DNA of 31,813 bases from a virus (taxonomy: Duplodnaviria > Caudoviricetes), in the IMG/VR virus record IMGVR_UViG_3300025155_000026, positions 1 to 31,813 of that record. One strand, written 5' to 3'. Positions within the stretch are counted from its first letter, which is position 1. Every line of letters begins with the position of its first letter. Of this stretch, positions 25,356-31,813 are shown in pieces. A model generated the notes under the pieces. That model had not been told where the DNA came from, made no database searches, and saw only the letters and a list, made by a program, of their open reading frames with translations. The position numbers and the translations under genes are program-made.

Positions 25356-27550
25356 CCAATGCAATGCTTTGTCGGCCAACCGATGCACCGCCAAAGCTCA
25401 GTGCCCTCGCTGCTTGTCGTCCCCGTCTCCTAGAGGAGGTTCAGAATTCGCCGCGGAGGGTTATCCTTGCACTGGGCAACTCGGCAGTCCGAAGCCTGAC
25501 GGGGAATACCAACCTCAAGATTAGTCAAGTACGGGGGAAGGTAATCCAGACTCCGTACGGACTAGTTGTCCCAACATTTCACCCGGCAGCTCTCCTGCGG
25601 AACAACGGTGAGTACGGAAGGTGGTTTAGCGACGTCCAGTATGTTGCAGCACTGCTCAATGGTACAAAGCCAAAGGACCCAGGGAAGGTGCGGAAGTGGG
25701 TTATCCGAAGTAGTGCCGAACTGCGACGTGTTGTTGACTTCCTCGTGCAGCAGCCCCTCCTAGCAGCTGACATCGAGACCACCGGGTTTAATCCGCGCAA
25801 CGACCGAATACTTTGTCTGGCAGTCTCCTGGGCCAAAAACAAGGCCGTTGTTATCCCGCTCGACGCCAAGTACCTTACTTACTGGAAGTGGAGGCCGACT
25901 GCCTTTCTGGACAACCCCCAGCTTCGACGCCTCCTGTGTTCACCTGGGCCGAAGTGGGTTTGGCATAACGGAAAGTTTGACGCATCCTTCTTCCATGCCC
26001 ATCGGCTTCCTGCCCGGGTCGACCATGACTGTATGCTCATGCATTACGCCCTCAATGAGCAGAGAGGGACGCATGATTTGAAGCAACTCGCTCAAGATTT
26101 GCTTGGGTCAGACGACTATTCGCAGGCACTAAAGCCCTACGTTCCGAAGCGTTCAGACTCATTCGCAAAGATACCTCCCCTTGTGCTGTTTGAATATGGA
26201 GCCAGGGATGTAGACTCGACGTTCCAGATATACGGAATCCTGGAAAAGGAAGTGTCGAGACCGCGGAATGTAGGGCTGGACAAGCTGTACTCCAATCTGT
26301 TCATCCCCGTTTCCGCATTCCTAGAGGAAGTAGAGGCCCAAGGGGTATGGGTTGCAGGACCGCAGCTTGACCAATTAGAGCGCGAGCTTATGCAAGAGCT
26401 TGGGGCAAAACTTAGGCAGCTAACGGAGATTGCAACAGAGGCTGGGTGGAACCCTCAGACCTTTGCTCGGGAAACTGGTGCGGTTAAGACACCCCGTGAC
26501 TTCAATCCGGGGTCTCCGAAGCAAGTTCTTTGGCTACTTCGGAAGCTAGGGTATAACCCTAAGGACCGGAAGGGAAAGGTAACTACTAACCAAACTGTCC
26601 TAAGAGATGTAAGACCCCGGCACAAGTTCATCTCAGGACTCCTATCCTACCGGAATACATCTAAGGCCTTAAGCACCTATGCCTACGGCATCAGGGACGC
26701 TATCGACAACTCAGACGGTCGGGTTCACTCAACCTACCTGATTCACGGGACGACAACAGGCCGGCTGTCGTCAAGGAACCCGAACATGCAGAACATCCCT
26801 AGGACTACCTCAGGTAGGTGGGGACAAACTATCCGCAACATCTTCCAGGCTCCACCCGGAGCACTGTTCCTTGAGTTCGACTACTCTCAGGTGGAACTGC
26901 GCGTCCTGGCCCTGCTTTCGGGGGACCCTGAACTCATCCGTGTGTACACCGAAGGGCGTGACCTCCACGACGAAGTCGCGCTGGCTCTCTTTGGTCCGGG
27001 CTTTGACAAGGAAGAACGGGTCAGAGCCAAATTCGTGAACTTCGGAATTGCTTACGGACGAGGCGCTGATTCCATTGCAGCCGAGTTCAAGATTCCGAGG
27101 GCTGAAGGGGCCTCGATGATTCGGGGCTGGTTTGAGCGGTTCCCCGTTGCACACAAGTACCTAATGGAGCAGCGCCAAGCAGTAGTCGACGGACGGACCT
27201 TAGCCTCCCCATTTGGGCGGAGAAGGCGATTTGGTCTAGTAACCCGAGAGACATTGAATACCCTGCAGAATGAGGCGGCTAACTTCGCCATTCAGTCTAC
27301 TGCATCCGACCTGACCCTTATCTCCGGAATGCGTATTCAGCCTTACCTGAAGAGCTTCTCAGGCAAGGTGGTTAACCTGGTTCATGACAGCATCCTGGTA
27401 GAAGTCCCGGAGGGGTACGATACAGGCCGAATTGGACAGAAGGTTAGGAACGTAATGTCGGAGACCCCCAAGCGGCTACTTCATACTGATATCCCGTTTG
27501 AGGTATCTATGACAACCGGGACAGCATGGGGTGCCCTTAAGGAGGGTTAA
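25157..27550 (+). CDS. polA: family A DNA polymerase with N-terminal family-4 uracil-DNA glycosylase and 3'-5' exonuclease
   Basis: UDG: CDAC, GEAPG, PFIG, TNAMLCRP, HPAALLR. Exo: DIET, HNGKFD, YGARD. Pol: TGRLSS.NPNMQNIPR, DYSQVELR, RAKFVNFGIAYG, VHDS. Confidence 0.95.
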   Translation: MVERCDACPYTGGACGTRGDITSPFVIVGEAPGTLEIRKGVPFIGPSGKLLEATLKRAGAEVEPFVTNAMLCRPTDAPPKLSALAACRPRLLEEVQNSPRRVILALGNSAVRSLTGNTNLKISQVRGKVIQTPYGLVVPTFHPAALLRNNGEYGRWFSDVQYVAALLNGTKPKDPGKVRKWVIRSSAELRRVVDFLVQQPLLAADIETTGFNPRNDRILCLAVSWAKNKAVVIPLDAKYLTYWKWRPTAFLDNPQLRRLLCSPGPKWVWHNGKFDASFFHAHRLPARVDHDCMLMHYALNEQRGTHDLKQLAQDLLGSDDYSQALKPYVPKRSDSFAKIPPLVLFEYGARDVDSTFQIYGILEKEVSRPRNVGLDKLYSNLFIPVSAFLEEVEAQGVWVAGPQLDQLERELMQELGAKLRQLTEIATEAGWNPQTFARETGAVKTPRDFNPGSPKQVLWLLRKLGYNPKDRKGKVTTNQTVLRDVRPRHKFISGLLSYRNTSKALSTYAYGIRDAIDNSDGRVHSTYLIHGTTTGRLSSRNPNMQNIPRTTSGRWGQTIRNIFQAPPGALFLEFDYSQVELRVLALLSGDPELIRVYTEGRDLHDEVALALFGPGFDKEERVRAKFVNFGIAYGRGADSIAAEFKIPRAEGASMIRGWFERFPVAHKYLMEQRQAVVDGRTLASPFGRRRRFGLVTRETLNTLQNEAANFAIQSTASDLTLISGMRIQPYLKSFSGKVVNLVHDSILVEVPEGYDTGRIGQKVRNVMSETPKRLLHTDIPFEVSMTTGTAWGALKEG

Positions 27551-27747
27551 TGGTTCAAGGTCGACGTGAACGAGCGGAGTTTAGGCGGAACAAGAACCCC
27601 GTTGCTTACGTCTGCCTCTATGCGTTGTGCCATTACCGGGCGACTTCGGCAACGGAGGCTTGGGTCCATACCTGGGTTCGTCATGGCCAAAGTCCAGGTC
27701 TGCCTGTCCCCACCCTTCGAAGCGTTTCGTCTCGGGGTTCCACCTAA
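27550..27747 (+). CDS. small protein with C2H2-type zinc finger
   Basis: TAATG coupling to pol, AAGGAGG RBS; Y-x-C-x4-C-x12-H-x4-H. Confidence 0.6.
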   Translation: MVQGRRERAEFRRNKNPVAYVCLYALCHYRATSATEAWVHTWVRHGQSPGLPVPTLRSVSSRGST

Positions 27748-28058
27748 GACGGCTGGTCATGATGTCGCTCACCGTAGGTACACTCCGGGTCTCCGCAGCA
27801 CTTTCCTACAAAGGGGTGCCCTTGACTTGGGAGGAGGATGTCGGGGAGGTTCCACCCGCAATGTGGGAGGTCCTCGAGGTACTTTGTGCAGTTTCGACAG
27901 CGGTTGCGTTCCCTTGGAGCGGCTTGCGGTTTATGACAGTGGCAGACATCACAGTACGGGTGTGCCTGGCGTCTGTGCTGGAACAGGTATCCACATCCGA
28001 GGCAGTAATCCCCGGTCGGTGGTTGGACCGGTGTATCCAGCCGGCGAAGGTCTCTCAT
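27744..28058 (-). CDS. Cys-rich multi-zinc-finger protein
   Basis: ATG 28058 with GGAG RBS; CLGC, CDVC, CRNC, CC...C. Confidence 0.55.
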   Translation of the reverse strand: MRDLRRLDTPVQPPTGDYCLGCGYLFQHRRQAHPYCDVCHCHKPQAAPRERNRCRNCTKYLEDLPHCGWNLPDILLPSQGHPFVGKCCGDPECTYGERHHDQPS

Positions 28059-28081
28059 GCCGGTCTCCGAACAGTCGGGAA

Positions 28082-28100
28082 GACCCCCGTAAAGGGGGTC
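28082..28100. other. intergenic hairpin (terminator or processing site)
   Basis: GACCCCC-GTAAA-GGGGGTC; resembles the hairpin at 12153-12171; no clear U-tract. Confidence 0.4.
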
Positions 28101-28113
28101 CCCTCGACTTGTG

Positions 28114-28218
28114 CTATGGGAAGCGGATGCCGACACTGCCACTAATGACAAGCGCGACTACGACGAGGGCCAGTAGGAACAATGTCCAACCGACCAGCAT
28201 TGCACGAGTCTCGTCCAT
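28114..28218 (-). CDS. 34-aa single-pass membrane peptide
   Basis: GGAGG RBS; MDETRAMLVGWTLFLLALVVVALVISGSVGIRFP. Confidence 0.55.
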   Translation of the reverse strand: MDETRAMLVGWTLFLLALVVVALVISGSVGIRFP

Positions 28219-28222
28219 GTTG

Positions 28223-28672
28223 TCAGTCCACCTCCTCTCCGTCTGGTGGTGTAACGTCGATGGCCCCGAGCAGCTGAAGCGGATGCCGTTCGTTGACTTC
28301 TTCTGCCGAAGCGTCGACGTATGCTGGCTCAAGGTTCTCACCATGAAGGTAGACCCTTGTCCCAGTCCGGAACCGGCGAACCGGATTCCTGCTGAACGAC
28401 ATCCCCGCCATTGGGTCGTGGTCCATGTTGGTAATCTGGACCAAAACTCGCGAGTGGCCGACGGAAACCACACGAGCGAGAGCACCGTTAAGGTACTTCG
28501 CGCCTGTGCCAATACCCTTGATGCGAACGTCCTGTCCGACCGTGAGTTCGGCAATCGTGTGTTTCCCGGCCCGCTGCCTTCGTTCTCGGATGGCAACCGT
28601 GAGAGCATCCAGGCTGTTGTCCAGCTGCCCACTTCGGATGGCGCGGAGAACGTCTCCTGCGGTACCGTTCAT
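28223..28672 (-). CDS. hypothetical protein with SH3-like region
   Basis: Downstream of a strong promoter, AAGGA RBS; LTVGQDVRI...KYLNG..ARVV...RVLVQI. Confidence 0.7.
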   Translation of the reverse strand: MNGTAGDVLRAIRSGQLDNSLDALTVAIRERRQRAGKHTIAELTVGQDVRIKGIGTGAKYLNGALARVVSVGHSRVLVQITNMDHDPMAGMSFSRNPVRRFRTGTRVYLHGENLEPAYVDASAEEVNERHPLQLLGAIDVTPPDGEEVD

Positions 28673-28724
28673 ATTCAGTTATCCTTTGCTACTACTCCGG
28701 GGTTGTTCCCCGGTTGTCTTTCCT

Positions 28725-28753
28725 ATTATAGAGCGGCTGCTAGGGGTAGTCAA
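28725..28753 (-). promoter_or_regulatory. sigma70-type promoter
   Basis: TTGACT-17-TATAAT on the minus strand. Confidence 0.8.
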
Positions 28754-28789
28754 GCCTGTTCTGCAAAGATGAAGAAACCTTCACCGTCG

Positions 28790-28818
28790 TTGCCCATGTT
28801 GACCAACCACACTATAAT
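28790..28818 (+). promoter_or_regulatory. sigma70-type promoter (divergent from the previous one)
   Basis: TTGCCC-17-TATAAT. Confidence 0.7.
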
Positions 28819-28885
28819 AGAATCAGCCCGGGAAACCGCACTAGGGCTGAACCTTAACAACTGCATATAGGAGGGTCTGTAAGCA

Positions 28886-29452
28886 ATGGGCATACGGTTA
28901 ACCCCTGTACTCCTTGCCAAGGAACTCGGTGTTCGACCGCAGGCCATCTACGGATTGATTCGCCAGAAGCGTATTCACGCTTTCGGCAACAAGCCACAGA
29001 TGGTCGACGTCGATGAAGTCAAGATGGTCCTCAAGACCGTTCGACACCGAGAACCGAAGGAAGTCAAGTCAGGCCGTAAGGCACAGCTACGACGGGGAAC
29101 CATCGTCAGTTATGACCGAAGGCGTGGCGGCCAAGGGGGCAGGGAGGTAGCGTCTGTTGTCGGTACGTATAAGTCGGATGACTCAGGCGGGTACGACTAT
29201 GTGTACATGCACACTGGACGCCGTGAAATCACTCCATGGGAAGCGGGAACCCTTGGTGAACGATTAGCCAAGAAGCAAACCACCATCGAGGACCCGGAAG
29301 CAGTGTTCGGAATGCTCATCTGGCAGTTAGCCCAGCAGGGTAAGACGGACGAGGCAAATGCACTAGACGAATTCCTCCGGCTAACCCTTGATATGGAACC
29401 GGTGGACTTCACAAAGGTGGTGGCTCGGTATCAGACCCTAGCTACCGAGTAG
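28886..29452 (+). CDS. DNA-binding protein with N-terminal excisionase/MerR-like HTH
   Basis: LTPVLLAKELGVRPQAIYGLIRQKRI; AGGAGG RBS. Confidence 0.75.
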   Translation: MGIRLTPVLLAKELGVRPQAIYGLIRQKRIHAFGNKPQMVDVDEVKMVLKTVRHREPKEVKSGRKAQLRRGTIVSYDRRRGGQGGREVASVVGTYKSDDSGGYDYVYMHTGRREITPWEAGTLGERLAKKQTTIEDPEAVFGMLIWQLAQQGKTDEANALDEFLRLTLDMEPVDFTKVVARYQTLATE

Positions 29453-29458
29453 AAAGGA

Positions 29459-29504
29459 AAAGAAGTCCCCCTCCCGTTTTTCACGGGAAGGGGCTTTCTT
29501 TTTT
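29459..29504. terminator. bidirectional intrinsic terminator between early and late arms
   Basis: A-rich flank, CCCCTCCCGT/ACGGGAAGGGG stem, T-tract; between convergent stops at 29452 and 29505. Confidence 0.8.
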
Positions 29505-29636
29505 CTAGACCTCTGTGTCTAGCTCAGTGCTGTCGTCGTCTGCACCGGCGTCATCGTCCGGCTCGACGTCGTCGTCTATCGGCTCATCAGGTACGCCGAC
29601 CGCACCCTCCTCATCCTCGGGTGTCGGGTCACTCAT
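29505..29636 (-). CDS. 43-aa highly acidic peptide
   Basis: ATG overlaps the peptidase stop; MSDPTPEDEEGAVGVPDEPIDDDVEPDDDAGADDDSTELDTEV. Confidence 0.45.
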   Translation of the reverse strand: MSDPTPEDEEGAVGVPDEPIDDDVEPDDDAGADDDSTELDTEV

Positions 29637-30363
29637 AGGAACGTCCATTTTTCTGGAATCTCCTTCCTTTACTCTGGGGTGTTGCCAAAGAGGCGACGTT
29701 TGGCGCCAGTACCAACCGACCCGGCCAGCTCTCCAACATGCGGTCGAGTTGCGCCATGCTAACGATGTCATAGGCAGGTCTCTCCGGTCGTGCAGGGCTG
29801 TTGTGGTTGGGGTCGCGGATGAAGCCGACGTGCTCCTGTCCTTCCCAGCCATCGGCGGCTGCGAGAACAGCGTGCCCGTCGCGGAACGTCCATTGCGTTA
29901 GACCTGACTTCTTGGCTGGCCGTGCAAACCCAGGGCGGACGGTCCTCCCTGAGCCGTTCTTGGCTAAGCCATTCAGCGTCTTGCCTGCGTATGAGTAGCC
30001 CTTCCACTGAGGATGGGCCCAGTACTTCTCGCAGATAATGACTGGCCCGCGCTCTCGTGCAACCTGGAGGATGCCAGCTGCACCAAGGTCGGACCGAGCC
30101 ACATAGGGCAGGCCAAAGGAGTGTAGTGCTCGAAGAGCTTGGTCTCTCGTCAGCGGGATGTCTTGAGGCGCTCCGCTTCGCTGCCTCACCTTATCTAGGC
30201 TAACGCGCTTTCCCTTGACCAGAAGAACAGTAAGCTGAATGCAGGTGTCAGCGCATGCGACTTCACCCTCCTTTACGAGGCTATCGTCTGGCTGTCCAAA
30301 CTGATAGCGATTCCGCTGTTCCAAGATACGAACAACTCTAGCGTGCCACTCGGCAGTGTTCAT
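29629..30363 (-). CDS. C39-like (papain-fold) cysteine peptidase, putative lysin
   Basis: Q...ACADTC, GPVII, GHAVL, IRDPN catalytic C-H-D order; follows two membrane genes; ATGA overlap and GGAGG RBS at 30363. Confidence 0.7.
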   Translation of the reverse strand: MNTAEWHARVVRILEQRNRYQFGQPDDSLVKEGEVACADTCIQLTVLLVKGKRVSLDKVRQRSGAPQDIPLTRDQALRALHSFGLPYVARSDLGAAGILQVARERGPVIICEKYWAHPQWKGYSYAGKTLNGLAKNGSGRTVRPGFARPAKKSGLTQWTFRDGHAVLAAADGWEGQEHVGFIRDPNHNSPARPERPAYDIVSMAQLDRMLESWPGRLVLAPNVASLATPQSKGRRFQKNGRSYE

Positions 30364-30776
30364 GTCGTGTGCCTCCAATCCTCCGTTATCCTGAGCCAAG
30401 TGTCGAGACGCTCTCCCAGCTTTGGCCAGCGACGAGTAATGCTACCCTGCACTGCTGCTGCAACCCACGCAAGCAGAACAATGAGGATAGCCAGCCTTAG
30501 AGAAAGAGTTACGACTTGGAGCGTCACCGTCCAGTCGACTTGTATTACTCGCAGCAAGGGTCCGGTCGACGTTACAACTCCTAGAACAGCACAGAGCAGT
30601 AGGGCAATGGAGCCGGCAATGGAGTGAAGCCGACGGGGTGCTTCTGCTTTCCTGCTGAGCAAGGGCAGGGGCATGTAGTGACGCAGAGACCACGACAGGC
30701 CAAGGACTAGCCCGAGAATGGCCACCGAGAGGAGACTGTTAATGAGGGCCAAGCCTGCATCTGTAATGAGCGTCAT
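30360..30776 (-). CDS. membrane protein (about 3 TM helices), holin candidate
   Basis: Three long hydrophobic stretches; immediately upstream of the putative lysin. Confidence 0.65.
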   Translation of the reverse strand: MTLITDAGLALINSLLSVAILGLVLGLSWSLRHYMPLPLLSRKAEAPRRLHSIAGSIALLLCAVLGVVTSTGPLLRVIQVDWTVTLQVVTLSLRLAILIVLLAWVAAAVQGSITRRWPKLGERLDTWLRITEDWRHTT

Positions 30777-31021
30777 CCGTCCTTACTTCCGTTCCCGTTC
30801 CGACGGTGCAGGATAACCTGCACGTTGACCAATGCAAGTGCTGACGTAGAGAGGCTAGCGAGGATAACAACTATAGTTCCCTCTGAGATTGCGTACCCCT
30901 CTACGAACACCGGAAAGATAATGACGGCCAAGACTGTAAGGACAACAGTAATCAGCAGCATGACGGCTCCGAAGACTCGGACCCAAGCATACAGGCGCTG
31001 CTCTCCATTGCCGCTAGCCAC
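30773..31021 (-). CDS. membrane protein (2 TM helices), holin/antiholin candidate
   Basis: Two hydrophobic helices, basic C-terminus, GGAGG RBS. Confidence 0.65.
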   Translation of the reverse strand: MASGNGEQRLYAWVRVFGAVMLLITVVLTVLAVIIFPVFVEGYAISEGTIVVILASLSTSALALVNVQVILHRRNGNGSKDG

Positions 31022-31057
31022 TACCTCCTACCGTTTGCAACAAGCCCCTCCTTTCCG

Positions 31058-31624
31058 TCATGTGGCGATGAGTCGGTAGTAGACGCGCACCCCGGCGTAG
31101 TAGCCCGACGTGCCTGTCTGCTCATCGACCCAAATTCGAATGCCAGTCTGATTGCTGCTGCTGTTGCCAAGCGTGCCGTCGCAGACGACGCCGATGGCGT
31201 CGCGGTAGGAGTACCAGCGTGCAGCCGTCAGGCCCGCCGATGAGCGGTTGACGATGTTCGCGTAGGCACTCTCGTCCCACAGAATCTTGTCCACGTTGAG
31301 GACCCACGTGGCTGCGGGCGCGAGGTAAATCATGGACTCCCACGCCTCTAGCCAGATGGGGTAGTCGGTGGGAATGGCGGTCCAGACCGGTTGATAGTCA
31401 GCCGTCACACCGGGGATGTCGGCGCTTATCTGGAACTGTTGTTCCGAGAGCCAACGGGTGCCGTCCCACACGAAGCCCATCCCGTTGCGGATGTCCGTGC
31501 GAAAGTAGCGCTGCCCGACTCCGGGGTTGGCTGGGAAGCTCGTGCCTGAAGCATCGGGTGACTGAGCGACGAGCACCGGTGCCCAGCTACCAGTGGTCGG
31601 GTCCCAGAACTTGAGGACGCTCAT
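31058..31624 (-). CDS. tail-associated/minor structural protein
   Basis: GTSFPANP..GQRYFRTD...FVWDGTRW resembles tail-fibre motifs; beta-rich C-terminal domain ending YRLIAT. Confidence 0.6.
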   Translation of the reverse strand: MSVLKFWDPTTGSWAPVLVAQSPDASGTSFPANPGVGQRYFRTDIRNGMGFVWDGTRWLSEQQFQISADIPGVTADYQPVWTAIPTDYPIWLEAWESMIYLAPAATWVLNVDKILWDESAYANIVNRSSAGLTAARWYSYRDAIGVVCDGTLGNSSSNQTGIRIWVDEQTGTSGYYAGVRVYYRLIAT

Positions 31625-31813
31625 GTTGCGATAAGCCGGTAGCTGATGAGGCCTTGACCGTAGAAGGTTGCTGCGCCGCTGACCTCTGTGATGGTGACGC
31701 GAAACATGATGGGCTCGTTGCTCACGTTGCCGCCCGTGCCGTCCACTTCCACTCCGATAAGGTCGGTGTAGTGATACAACTTCGCACCCGTCTGCCCTGC
31801 TGTCGAGCGAGAA
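31621..31813 (-). CDS. tail-associated protein, partial (C-terminus), paralog of 31058-31624
   Basis: Frame open from the right edge: SRSTAGQTGAKLYHYTDLIGVEVDGTGGNVSNEPIMFRVTITEVSGAATFYGQGLISYRLIAT*. Confidence 0.7.
   Translation of the reverse strand, partial: SRSTAGQTGAKLYHYTDLIGVEVDGTGGNVSNEPIMFRVTITEVSGAATFYGQGLISYRLIAT

Noticed and set aside
25157-27550. Intein or intron in polymerase (also checked terminase and helicase)
   Set aside because: Motif spacing is continuous and lengths are normal; no LAGLIDADG/HNH insert or intein splice motifs seen.
27566-28870. 434-aa plus-strand ORF
   Set aside because: Antisense shadow of three minus-strand genes that have their own promoter and RBSs; it runs across two promoters and has no recognisable motifs.
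28886-29452. Excisionase indicating a prophage boundary
   Set aside because: No integrase, att-like repeat or host genes in the window; phage late genes continue on the other side of the terminator.

Overview
This window is part of a tailed dsDNA bacteriophage genome (Caudoviricetes-type, GC roughly in the upper 50s by eye; the host cannot be assigned from sequence alone). The left arm (minus strand, 7628 down to 1) carries terminase small and large subunits, portal, and a 959-aa MuF/SPP1-gp7-like head protein extended with an HTH and a C-terminal R-S-E ADP-ribosyltransferase-like domain. Small genes and a partial membrane protein follow it. The centre (mostly plus strand, 7989-29452) looks like the complete early/replication region. 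It holds a MazG-like pyrophosphatase, a Toprim/DUF3854 primase-helicase, a divergent pair of paralogous HTH genes, a RuvC-like resolvase, an SNF2 helicase and a Cas4-like nuclease + Sak4-like ATPase + DUF669-like SSB module. It also holds a 7-deazaguanine cluster (queC, queD, Nmad1/DUF1599-like, queE, folE, HTH, TGT/DpdA-like TIM barrel) running into a family-A DNA polymerase fused to a family-4 uracil-DNA glycosylase. The right end (minus strand) is the end of the late operon: paralogous tail-associated proteins, two membrane proteins and a C39-like peptidase as likely lysin. Many sigma70-type promoters are visible. I saw no integrase, tRNA or CRISPR array. The main leads are the deazaguanine/UDG-PolA cluster, the virion ART sharing an HTH family with the regulators, and the apparent absence of GATC. 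All family assignments are from motif recognition by eye, not database searches.
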